A stretch of DNA of 64,000 nucleotides from Piromyces finnis finn. Taxonomy: Eukaryota; Fungi; Neocallimastigomycota. This document shows positions 47,229-60,323 of the stretch, one piece after another. Where the stretch lies: positions 186,001-250,000 of the forward strand of contig MCFH01000050.1 of the NCBI GenBank assembly GCA_002104945.1, written 5' to 3'. The notes beneath the pieces are model-generated. The model had not been told where the DNA came from. It did not search any database and worked only from the letters and a program-made list of their open reading frames with translations. The translations under genes and the position numbers were made by a program. The first letter of the stretch is position 1. The number at the start of each line of letters is the position of its first letter.

Positions 47229-47908
47229 GTAATGAATATAATAAAAATTGTATAATAAAAAGGAAAAAATAATTATAATAAGTAATACATAATAAATAAA
47301 TAATAAAAAAATTAAGATAAAAATCTTTTTTTGAAACATTCAAAGAAAGTTGAATTGAGATAATTGTAAATAAAATAAAGTTTATATTATAATTTATTAT
47401 TACATTAGTTTTTATTTTTTAACAAATAATTATTGACTAAAATAAAATATTTATTTTTATTATAAATATACTTAATGTTAAACAAATATTTCTTTTAGCT
47501 ATTTTGTTATTCATTTTTAATATTTTTATTTATTTATTTATTATTATTATTTTTTAAATTATAAATAGTATTATATCAAAAAATAAACTAAATCAATATT
47601 TTATTCAAAATATAATAATAAGAAAGTAAAAAAAAAAACAAAAAAAACAAAGCAAAAAAAAAAAAAAAAAAAAAAAAAAACAAAGCAAGAAAAAAACAAT
47701 AACAAAAATAAAAAATAAAGATTATTTATAAAAACATAATTATTTTCCAATACTTTAATATAAGTATATCTATCTATCGTATTATATTAAAGAAGTCAAA
47801 CAAAATATTGATTTTAATTTGGAATATATAATTATTCAACTATCATTCAATAATTCAAGTTTATTATCTTTCCTTTCTTAATTTTCCTTTTCCTTTTTTT
47901 TTCTTTTC

Positions 47909-47941
<33 letters not shown>

Positions 47942-47967
47942 CGGGTTTTAATATAAATTAAAAGAAA

Positions 47968-49091
47968 ATGTCTGATTCAAGGTATTTTTTAAAATATATA
48001 TTAGTAAATTCTTAGTATATATCGAGAAATTTATATAATAAAAATTTGTTTAGTATACTAATAACTAAAATATTTTATTAAAATATTTTAATTAATATAA
48101 TTGTAATTATATAATACTATTTACTTTAAAATATTATATTAAATAATATATCAATGTTTTTTTCTATAATAAGGTTATACGAATCTGTTATCCAACCATT
48201 AACTGCAGAAAATCTTCAAATTCTTCAAGAACAGTTTAAAAATATTAAGAAAACTTCAACTTCAGCAAGAATTATTAAATGGCTCTCGGAAATTCCACAA
48301 AATATTGGTTCAGGTGATAATGTATCAGTATCTAATGGTGGAAAAGAAGGTAGTGAATATCAAGGTCAAGATGGTGTTAGAAATTCCGATAATTTAGGTT
48401 CTCAACCACAACAAAAATCAAATGAAAAACTTTCAAAAGATAATAGTCAAAATCTTAATGAATATAATAATAATTCAATGAATAAAAAGAGTAATGATTA
48501 TGATAAAATGAATAAAATGATGAACAACAATACCCCAATGGCTGCTAATAACACAACAGAAAAACGTTCATCAAGAGATAAAGGTCGACTTTGCTGTTAT
48601 TTAAAAGTTGAAGTTGGGGGAAATACACAGTTATTACCAATTCATGAGGTAAAAAATATATAATGGAAAATGAAATTATAAATAATAGAAATATTATTGA
48701 GAAATTTATTATAAGGATATAATGATAATGATAATATAATTATTGTTTATAATATTTGAATTATATATCTTTTTATTATATATATATATTTTTATTTTTA
48801 ATATTATTATTATTATTATTATTTTAATTTTTTAATTTTATTTATTTTATTCTAAATTATTTAATTTACAAACAGAATGATATACCACAAAATCTTGCTT
48901 ATAACTTCTGTAAATCCAATAACGTAAGTATAATTATATGTCAATATTTAATAATAATTATAATAGTTTAAAAATAATTATTAATATAATTCATTATTAT
49001 TACTTATTATATGTAGATATTGAATTCAGTTAATTCTTTAAAGGAACATATAATAAATGCAATTGAAAATTATAGTAAAACTTTGAAATAA
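47968..49091 (+). CDS. Uncharacterised ~203-aa protein with a small C-terminal alpha/beta domain
   Basis: Exons 47968-47981, 48174-48648, 48876-48923, 49017-49091 splice in frame with GT-AG sites. The C-terminus LCCYLKVEVGGNTQLLPIHE|NDIPQNLAYNFCKSNN|ILNSVNSLKEHIINAI looks globular. Confidence 0.68.
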
Positions 49092-49137
49092 TTATTTAAT
49101 TTTTATTATATATTAAATATAATTTTAATTAAATCTG

Positions 49138-49168
<31 letters not shown>

Positions 49169-49185
49169 AAAATATTAGTAATTAA

Positions 49186-49227
<42 letters not shown>

Positions 49228-49619
49228 AAAAAAAAAAAACAGATTTAACATTTTATCACATTTAAAATAATTATATATATTTTTATAGTCAAAATTGTTT
49301 ATATATAGTTATTATTATTTTTGCTTTATATATATATTTCTTAAAATAAATTTAATCAAATATTATTTATATTACTATTTTAATTGTTTTCTTGTTTTTT
49401 TTATATATTATTTTTTAATTGATTTAAAAACCTCTTTACTTAACGATGAAAATGAAAATGAAAATAATAATTTTGTAAAATATTTTATTGATTAATTAAT
49501 TAATAATACTTATAATAATTGTAATAATAATATTTAAAATAACTATTTGTATGTGACATATTTAAAATGTGCAATATTTATAAAACACAAATTCAAAATT
49601 TAAACATAATATCGAATGA

Positions 49620-50196
49620 ATGAATACATTAAAAAAAAAAGTGTCTAAGAGCTATGAATCATTAAAAAACCATGATAAGAAAAAAAATAAAACAAAAAGC
49701 AAAGTCAGCTTAAACAAAAATGAAAATGAAAATTTTAATAAACTAGCAAAATCAAATGAAAATATAATAAAAAATAAGATAAAATCAAAAAGTAAAAGTG
49801 GAGTTATTACTTCTTTACATAAAAAAAATAATGTAAATATATCTTAATTTATTCAGTTATTTATTATTTTTATAATTCTAATATTAATAATATTATTTTA
49901 ATTTAAACACTAAATTTTAGGAAAAGAATCAAAGGTCTAAAAGTAACATAAAAAGTAATGAAAATTTAAAATCAAAAAGTACTTTGAAAAGTAATGAAAA
50001 TTTAAAAACAAAAAGTACTTTGAAAAGTAATGAAAATTTAAAAACAAAAAGTACTTTGAAAAGTAATGAAAATTTAAAATCAAAAAGTACTTTGAAAAGT
50101 AATGAAAATTTAAAATCAAAAAGTACTTTGAAAAGTAATGAAAATCTGAAGAAAAAAATTAATACAAAATATTTGAAAAGTAGTAATCATAATTAA
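49620..50196 (+). CDS. Putative Lys/Asn/Ser-rich basic protein with 12-aa tandem repeats (2 exons, ~162 aa)
   Basis: Exon 49620-49832, a GT-AG intron 49833-49920 and exon 49921-50196 join in frame. The KSNEN motif occurs on both sides of the intron. There is no homology support. Confidence 0.4.
49951..50151 (+). repeat. 36-bp tandem repeat, 5 full copies + partial (KSNENLK[S/T]KSTL)
   Basis: Unit AAAAGTAATGAAAATTTAAAA[T/A]CAAAAAGTACTTTG repeated head-to-tail with no spacers. Confidence 0.95.
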
Positions 50197-51036
50197 ATGC
50201 TTATAAAAGAAAATCAATATAATTTAATATAACTGTTTTGTTAGAAAAATATTATGTTTTAAATTTAGTATAAAAAATAAAAAATAAAAACATCTATAAA
50301 AGTAATATATTGTTTTTTCTTTTAAATGTTTTAATATTTATTGATTTATCGTAAATAACTAAAAGATGATTTTATATTATAGTTAAAAATGTGTAAACTA
50401 AATAAGTTGAATTTAAGAATGATCAATTATATATATATATATTATTTATAATGATTAAGTGGATCAATATATAAATATAATGATTATGAAAGAAAAAGAG
50501 GTTTATAAAACGAATATATATATATATATATATATATGTATATTAAAAATAATTAACGAAAAAATTCGGTATAAATAATTAAATTAGAATTGTATATAAT
50601 TGTTATTAATAATTACTGATTATTATTATTATTATTTAATTTTTTTTTTTTACAAAATACTTGAATGTTATTAATTATTCCTTTTTTTTTTTGACATATA
50701 ATAAAAATATAATTAAAAATAGCATTAGATACATTAATTATTAATAATAATATAATTGTATTATGAATAACAAAATTAAAATGATATAGTTTTTAATTAT
50801 AATGAAAGAACAAAAAACTTTCATTTAAATTTTGATATGGTAAAAAAGTTATTGATTAAAATTTTCCCTTTTTTTAGAATATTCATTATATATATGTAAA
50901 TTATATTAAATTGAGTTTAAGTGTATTTATTATTTAATAATATTTTTATTAATAAATAAAATTTATAATTTTATACTTATAAATAATAATTAATATTCTT
51001 GAAATTTTTTATTAAACTATTTTTTTTATTATAAAA

Positions 51037-51844
51037 ATGAGTAAGAAAGGTAATTAATAATGATTTTAATAAAGATTATCAAAATATAAGGATATATAAA
51101 GAAGTTATGCTATTATATATCATTAAATAACAAATTAGTAATCTGATATATTTCAATTTTAATTTTTATTTAGATTCAGAAGTTGAATTACCTAATGAAA
51201 TTACTGGCAAGGGTACTGCAAAAGAAATTTCAATTGGCTGTATTGCTGGTTTTTGTTCCGGTTATGCTACTAAAAAGGTTTTTATTTATTATTTATTTTA
51301 TATTTTAAAATATAATGTATTGTTTTATGTTGTATCTTTTATATTGTTTTTATTATTTAAAAAGAGTTAAATATAAATAAATAGAAATAGAAATATAAAT
51401 AATAAAACTATTTTTCTTTTGTAGTATTAGAATATATTTCTGTGATATAATTTATTGATATATTGATATATATATATTAATTTAATAATAGTTAAGTAAA
51501 GGAGCTGGTGTTGCTATTGGAGCTGGTTTTCTTGGAATTCAAGTAATAATTTAGATAGAATATAATTCAAGATTTTTAATTATATTTCTATTTATCAAAA
51601 TAATAAAAACATTATTATTTTCTTAATAAATTCATAGGCCCTTAATTATCTTGGCTTAGTTACTGTTCATTGGGATGTTCTTGAAAAGAAATTAGTTTCT
51701 TCATTAGATCAAGACGAAGATGGAAAATTAACTCAAAAAGATGTTAATATTGCAACTGCTCGTTACATTCATCTTTTAACACAAGATTTACCATTTGCTG
51801 GTGGCTTTGTAGCTTCTTTTGCTCTTGGTATGAAATGTGGTTAA
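51037..51844 (+). CDS. FUN14: FUN14/FUNDC family mitochondrial-type outer-membrane protein (4 exons)
   Basis: Spliced product ...AKEISIGCIAGFCSGYATKK|LSKGAGVAIGAGFLGIQ|ALNYLGLVTVHWDVLEKKL..LDQDEDGKLTQKDV..LTQDLPFAGGFVASFALG matches the FUN14 family pattern. Confidence 0.9.
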
Positions 51845-52318
51845 TTTCAAATACGATAAAATAAACACAGTTTAAACAGTATTTTATAATAACTCAAGTA
51901 AAACAAAGTATAAAAACAAAAAATAAAACAAAAATAAAAAATATATTAACTTTCAATTAAATATACCAAAAAAAAAAAAAAAAAAAAAAGAAGAATATAT
52001 ATATTACTAGTAGTAATATATAAACCAATTTCTAATATCATTTTGATTCATTATAAGATGAATATATATAAACTCAACAAATATAAATGAATTTCTATGA
52101 TAATTTTGGATAAAGAATCTAAAAAGAAAAAAGATTCATATTAAATTATAAGTGAACAACAACATCAATATTAGCAATAAAATAAAAATAAAATAAAATA
52201 AAAATAAAATAAAAAGTAATTATTAATTAAAATAAAAAAATAAAAATAAAATAAAATAAAAAATAATTATATAAATTAAAATAAAAAGAATTAATAATTA
52301 ATATTTCTGGAATAAATG

Positions 52319-52357
<39 letters not shown>

Positions 52358-52830
52358 ATAAAAGTATATATATATTTATATATTTATAGATATAATTTAA
52401 AAATAATGTTATAAAGATTTACATGATTTCATTTAGTTTCAAGGATTTAAATATTTATTTGTATAATTGTATATACATCGTTTCGAGGAAAAATTATTTT
52501 GAAATCTAAAAAACTATGGATAATACTCATGATAGTTTATTAAATTTATTTTACATAAAAACTCAATGAACATATTAAGAATTAAATAAATATTTTAATT
52601 ATTTGATTAAAAAAGTAAATGCATAGTAAATAATTAAATAGATAATTTAGTAATAAATTTTGATATAAATTAAAATTTTAGTTTTTTTTGAATTATAAAA
52701 TTTTATTAAACTATGTTATAAAAGTTATGAAATATATAATTGTTAAAATTATAAAAAACAATTAATATCTACATTATATTTTATTAAACTCTTAAATAAT
52801 TAAAATAATATAAGTGATTAATATGTAAAA

Positions 52831-55800
52831 ATGTTTCCAAGAAGAGCTGTATATTCTACAAAGTATTCTATGCAACGAAAAAAAAAAAAAATAGCTTCAA
52901 CAGAAGTAAATATTAGTACAAAAGTTGAAATGAGATATAAATTATTTTGCAATTAAAATATGTGTTTTTCATTATTGTAACTTATATTAATGATATTAAT
53001 ATCAATACTTTTTTAAACAATATATACATTATTTAAAACTGATAATAATAACATTATATTATTATATTGTTTTAATTTTTTTTTCAAAAAATAAAATTAT
53101 AGTTATTTTTGGAAAGAACTTTAGGCTTTACTTTAAATAAACCAACATCATTTGCATTATGTTCAAGAGATCATTTAATTGCTTATCCATCAGGAAGTGT
53201 TGTTACTTTATTTGATTACAATAAAGGAAAACAAGTTGGGTTTTTAGTGGCACCATTAATAATAGATAATGCAAATAAAAATGTTATTTTGAATAATAAA
53301 AACCTTAATGATAGTGCATCCTCATTAAATTCCAGTTTAAATCTCAACAATAATAGTGCCATTATTCCAAAAACTATTTCATGCTTATGTTTTTCTTCTA
53401 GTGATTCTTATTTAGCAGTTGGAGAAGTAAATATTGTCAAATTTTGACTATTTAAATAATTTTTAATTAAATACTGTTGATATTATGGGAAAGGCTAATG
53501 ATATTAATAAATATTATTGGTATTATCTTTAATAAAAAAACTAATGTGTATAATAGGTTGGTCATAATCCGAGAATTTTAGTATGGAATTATAAAACAAA
53601 AGAAATATTAGCTGAATTAAGAGATCATAAATTTGGAATTCAAGCTGTAGTATTTTCACCTTCAAACCCTTTTACTTTAGTGTCTATCGGAAATCAAGTA
53701 AATGTTTTGTTCTATATTTAATAAATTTCCTATTGTAGTTATTTTATAATATTCTATATCCTATATTCTATATATTTATATTTAAAAATAAATATTTATA
53801 ATAATAAAGAATGATGGTTATGCAAATGTATGGGATTGGAAGTCAAAAAAAATAGATGCATGCAATAGAATAACATATAAGGTATTTTTTCTTCTTTATA
53901 TTTATTTGTAAATAAAATACATAATTATATAAAGAATGGTGTTTTAATATTTATTAATTAAATAATTGAATTTCTTTAACATTTATATATATATATATAT
54001 GCATGCTTAATGATTAAAAAAAGGTTAATTCAATTGCATATAGTCCTGATGGCCAATTTTTTGTTACTGTCGGTCTTCGGCATATTAAATTTTGGTCAAT
54101 TCGAATAAAGGTTAACCATTATATTGAATATAAAAAATTGATATAAAATTATATAATAATAATAATAATACAATTATTTTACTATAAATAATAGAATGGA
54201 AGAAAGGTATTAGAAGGGCAAGCAGCACAATTACATCAACATCGAGATAAAAATTTTGTAGATGTTGTATGTCAAGTAAATCCAAAAACTGGACTTGTTA
54301 GAACTTATGTAATTAGTGATAATTGCACATGTATCTATTATATTTATCAAAAATAATACTAATTTTTTAATAGATAATATATATGGTATACTAACTTTTT
54401 TTAAATTTAATGCTAGTAATTTGGTTTGAAAACGATAATACATGGGAAGGTTATGTTCATTTAAAAGTAAATTATGTTATTGATTATTTTTACATTAATA
54501 AAAAACATAAATTATAATAGTTATTAATATTTTAATATAAATATTTAGGCAAATTATGCATACTCAATATCTGCTTCTAATAATTTAATTGTTGTTGGAT
54601 GTAGTAATGGTATTGTTCGTTTTTACGATCCGGAAAAGAACTCAATTGTTTTTACAGCTCCAAGACCACATCCACTTGGCGTTGATATAGCTGTAAATAG
54701 TGGTACAAGGTAATTCAATATTACAATATTTTTTTATAATAATTATAATATATAATACATAAGTGTTTATATATCAATATTATAATTTGTATTAATAATA
54801 ATAATGATAATAATATAAAACAGCTATACAAGCGCTTCAAATTCAAATGACATTTATCCTTGTACAACGGCTTTAGCAATTGATCCAGAAAATTCAAATT
54901 TAGCATGTATTTATAGTGACAGAAGTTTATATATATGGAATACTGAGAATTTTGAAGAACCGAAAAAGAAAGCGAGTTTTTTATATCACAGTGATAGTAT
55001 ATGGGGTGTTGAAGTATGGAAAATTTTCCTTTTTTTCATTTATAAAATGAAATATATATATAAATATGCTAAAAGTATAAATTAACCTAATATATATATT
55101 AGATTTGTCCATTATCAATATCAGGAATGTCGATTACTCAAAGAGGTATTATTACAAAACTAAGTAAAAATAAGCCTGTTTTTCCTCCAAATACATTTTT
55201 CACATATTCCTCAGATGGTACGGTAAGATTTTGGAATTTAGACCATATGACTCATTCTCAAACTTTTGCCTCTTTTATTTCATCACCCACAAGAGAAAAT
55301 TCTCTAATACCTGGTAGTAATGATTCTCCTATATCTATTTCACCTATTCATTCTCAATCAGAAGGTATTAAAAAAAGCATTTATACCCGTCAGGCATTAA
55401 AAATTTTATATGTTGACCCTGAATATATCAAAATGCTTAAAACCGAAACTCGAGGTTTAATATTTTTAGTGATGTTTAAAATATAATAATAAAAATTATT
55501 ATTATTATTTATAGAATATTGAATATAATTATTAAATTGTTCTTTTTTAAAAAATAAACATAAAAAGGAATGGATAATACAACTTGTGGTGTAAGATCTG
55601 CATGCATTAGCGGTGATGGTAAATACTTGGCAACAGGCGATCGTTTAGGAAATATAAGGTAAATTTATTGTAAAATAATATTAAATGATATAAAACTTAT
55701 CTGAAAATATTATTATATATTTTATATTTATAGAATTTATGATTTAGAAGATCAATATAAAAATATCTTATATGCAGAAGTACATAACTCTGAAGTTCTT

Positions 55801-58800
55801 TCATTAGATTTTTCAATTCCTAGTTTAGATGAAAATAGTAAAAATTTTATATATAAATATAAAATGTAACATATTAAATTATAATATCAGTAGTATGAAA
55901 ATATTTATTGTAAAAACATTTAATAATATATTATAATGGTAGAGGAAAGTGAAAAACTATATTTAGCATCATCCAGTAGAGATAGACTTATTCATATATT
56001 TGAACTTAAGGAGAAATTAAAATTTTTAACGTCATTAGATGACCACTCAGCATCTATTACTACAGTAAGATTTATAAATAAAGAAAATAAAGTTGTTAGC
56101 TGTTCAGCAGATAAATCTATAATTTTCAGAAATAAAGAAGAGGTAGATTATTATGAAAATATTATTAATTTAGTATACAAAAGATCTATCATCAATATAA
56201 TAATTCATAAATATATAATTTTTAATTAGAATAAAAATTCAAACAATAATAAGGATATTGTTAGTTTTTCCAAATATAATACAATTTCAGTGAGGTCAAC
56301 GATATATGATTTTGATATAGATTCTAATAAAAATAAAGTAATTTCTGTATCACAGGATAAAAAGATATCAGAATATGATGTAAATAATGGTAAATTAATA
56401 AATAGTTGGTTGTGTTCTGATCCTCCTGAAAATGAATATAATATAGGAAACAATACTGCTATTGATAGTGGATTAATAAAAATAGCCTTAGATCCATCTG
56501 GAAAATATGCTGCTGTATGTAGTATGGATAAAGGTATTCGACTACTTGATTTAGAAACAAAAACCTGTATTTCGAGAGGATTTGGGCATTCAGAATTAAT
56601 TACAGGTGTTCATTTTACTATGGATGGCAAACGTTTGATTTCAACAAGTACAGATGGTTGCATTTTTGTTTGGAAGTTAGACCCTAATATAGTTAAAGAT
56701 ATTAAAAATAGATTGTCCAAAAAAGTTGGTATTTTATGGCCATCATCATTAGTTTCAGAAGACTATGTCAAAACTCCTGTTAAAATTAAATTTGATGTAA
56801 ATTATGATGAATTGCCACGATGGGCAAAAGAACAAATAGATTTAGAAGAAAAACGTAATAAAAATTTGGAAGAAAGTAATAACAACAATATAGTGAATGA
56901 TCCAAAAATCCATAAAGAAAATTCAAATGCTAATAGTAGTAGTAACAATAACAACAATAATAACAATAATAAAAATTCTAATAGTCAAAATTATTCGATT
57001 TCAATAAAATCTGATAATAACATTGAATTAGAACCTTTTCCAAAACTTGTTGATATTGACCAATATAGCAATAATAATAACAATTATTTGAAAAATAGTG
57101 ATAAGGAAAATATTTCGAAAAAAATAAATAATAAATCTGAATCCTTAATAAAAAACGTGTGGGAAAAGGTATTTATATTGAACTATATATTTGCATTAAT
57201 AAATAATATATTTTTGAAGTAATAAAAAGTATTTTCATTATCTATATATTAGCGTATTTCATCCGATGGGATACAGCTGTATACTGAATTTCCAAATATT
57301 AAGCCGATAGCAAAACTTGTTGATAGTAAAGAAAGAAGATATTCTATTGAAACTGTAACATATATTAATTCTCCAAAATCCTTATCCTTTCCCGTTCCTC
57401 TTAAAAGTGATTTGGTAGAACTTGTAGGTAATAATAACAAAAATGAAAATTTACTTATTGAGGAAGACGAGGAAGAAGACTATGAAAGTAGTCAATCAGA
57501 GCTTGATGATGAAGTTTTAGTTGTTGATAAAAATGATTTGGAAGCTGTAAGAGTTTCTGATGAAGTTTTACAAGTAAATACCCCTAAAAGCAATACTGAT
57601 GGTGTAATAATAGAGAGTCTTAATGATTCTACATCAAGTTTAAAATATAAATCATTAAAAGCTAAGTCTACATCACAAATAAATTTAAAAATTGATACAT
57701 CTTTTAATGGACTTAATAAATTAGATAAAAATAATTCATCTTCGAATTTAAAAGCAGATTTATCAATGGGTGGATTATCTAAGATAAATATGAATATTGA
57801 TTCTTCTACTACAAAACTTAATGAATATTCTGATATCCCTAATATAAAGATAGAAGATAGTGATAGTAATTTAGTAGTTAACCAGCGTAATTATGATAAT
57901 ATTACATTTGAAGAATATTTAAATCAACCTGTACCACCTACACCTTTGCGTTTAAGTATTACAAGTAAATTTTGGGAATCCAGAAGTCCTAATCCTAATT
58001 CAAATAAAAGTATTATTAACATGCCAATTGGAAATAATAGTTCTACTTTAAATGTAGATAAGATTATCAATAGTGAATATGGTGTAGGTGTGGGATATGA
58101 TGAAAATGAAGAAGAAGAAGATGATGAAAAAACATTTTATAATGATATTAAGAAGGAAAATGATGAAAAAAACAACAAAAAATTACAATTTAAGCGTTTA
58201 CTTATGGCCAAAGAAATTGAAAAAACAAGAATTCGATTGAACTCTATAAGTAGTGTTAACTATCCAAAAAGTATTCCAAATTCAGAAATATTGCAGAATC
58301 GGAATCATGATAATAAAAAAGTTGATAGTGTAAATAATAAAAATTATTTCAAAAACAACAATATTAGTAATCATTATAATCATTATAATATTAATACTAA
58401 TAACAACTCCAATGATAATAAAAGTAATAGTAATGATAATGCTAGCATTAATATTGATACTATTAAAAATAATACAAGTAATAACAATAGCAATAAATTA
58501 TCTAACAATGAAACTACTAAAAATAATACTACTGAAATTGAAAATAATAAAAAAGCAACCAATATTTTAACGGAAGGTCATCCGAATAATAATTTAAATT
58601 CAAATTATAGTCATACTCATAATAATAAATATATTATAAATCAAAAAAATACATCAAATGATAAAGATATTTATAAATCAATTAATATTACAAATAAATT
58701 AATATCATCAATAACGCATCAAAAAACTAATTATAATAATGATAACAGTAAGAAAAATAATAATAATAATAATAATAACAATAATAATAATAACAGTAAT

Positions 58801-59359
58801 AATAGTAGCAAAATTACTAAAATGATTAATAACGATACCAACAATAGTAAAGATAATAGCATTGAAAAAAATAATCATCATGATACTAAAAATAACCCCG
58901 TACTTGAACATTCAAAGGAGATAAATAATTTTCTCGAAACTGAAAAGTCTTTTAATGAAAAAAAATATTTACATCAGAAAAGGAGAGATGTTGATGCAAA
59001 AAGTATGTTTTCATTTTTTTTTAAATTAAAAATGATAAAGAAATTTTAAATTAAAACTTCTCAATTATTTTATTTTTAAATATATATAATAATTATTAAT
59101 AGAAATTCAGTCACAGTTACATTTATTACAGAGTATTACGGACGAGTTAACAGAAACCTTGATTTATTTACAATCCAATGAAAGAAAAAAAACTGTTGAT
59201 GATGAAAAATATAAACAAGACCAACAATTAATTAATGATATAAGTAAAACTGTTAATGGAATAGTATCAAAAATGGGATCATCATTAAATATTACATCAA
59301 TAAATGACGTTAAACCATTTATTCAAATGTTAAATGATGCACTCAAAAAATTAAATTAA
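52831..59359 (+). CDS. MAPKBP1: MAPKBP1/WDR62-like WD40-repeat protein with an Asn-rich linker and C-terminal helical domain (about 14 exons)
   Basis: Diagnostic family segments: LFLERTLG..LIAYPSGSVVTLF, YLAVGE|VGHNPRILVW, HKFGIQAVVFSP, PRPHPLGVDIA, HSDSIWGVE, FPPNTFFTYSSDGTVRFWN, LATGDRLGNIR, LASSSRDRLIHIF, DDHSASITTVRF, GHSELITGVHF..LISTSTDGCIFVW. Exons I checked are in phase. Confidence 0.85.
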
Positions 59360-60323
59360 AGAAAAAAAAATAAACTGAAACAAAAACTTATTAAAATTTA
59401 TATATATAAATTTATATTGCTAACTGAATACTAATATACAATAATGTAAATAATCATTATGAAAATAAAAATTATTAAATATTTATTATTATATTTAGTA
59501 ATTTTTATTAACATTATTATAACAATTTCATTATCAATTAAGAAATATATTATAATAAAAATATATTTTATTTTGTTATCATTTATAATAATAATAAGTA
59601 CGAAACGGTCATTTTTTTATATATAAAGTAAAAAATATATTTTTTAATATAATTATTATTAATTTTAAATTTAATAATAAATATATTAATTTTTATCCTA
59701 TTTTTATATTGTTTTTTTTTTTAAAAACAAAAAACAAATTGAATCTTCTTTTAAAGGCAATTAATTTATTATATAATAAACTTTATTATATATTAAAATC
59801 TTTTTGATAAGGAAAAAAAATTTTTTTTAATAAATCAGTTACATCATCATAAATAAAAAAAAAACATGTCTCAAAAATTTTATTCATTTTTTAATAATAT
59901 TAAAAAAGTAAATATTATAAAATTATAAATACAAAGAAAAAAAGAAAGTATAAATAGACGTGAGATATAACAACAACATCAACAAGAATAAAAAAAGTAA
60001 CTATTTTATGTTGAATATTTCAAAAGTTTATAATTAAATAAAAAATATTTAACAACAATAAATTTTAAATTTGACAATTTGACAATTTGACAATTTGAAT
60101 AATAAATTATTCATTTTTAAATAATTGTAATTGTTAATTATAAAATATATAAGATATATTTTATGATTTATATGGTAGAGAATAAAAAGAATATATTAAA
60201 TAAATAAAATATAAATAAAACAAAAACAAAAACAAAAAAAAAAAAAAAAAATAAAAAACAAAAAATAAAATAAATAAATAAATAAACAAATAAATAATTT
60301 TTTTACCCATATTAAATATAATT

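Noticed and set aside
49951-50151. 36-bp repeat with an internal palindrome (AAAGTACTTT) resembling a CRISPR repeat in length
   Set aside because: The units are head-to-tail with no unique spacers, there are no cas genes, the context is eukaryotic, and the period is a multiple of 3 within an open frame.
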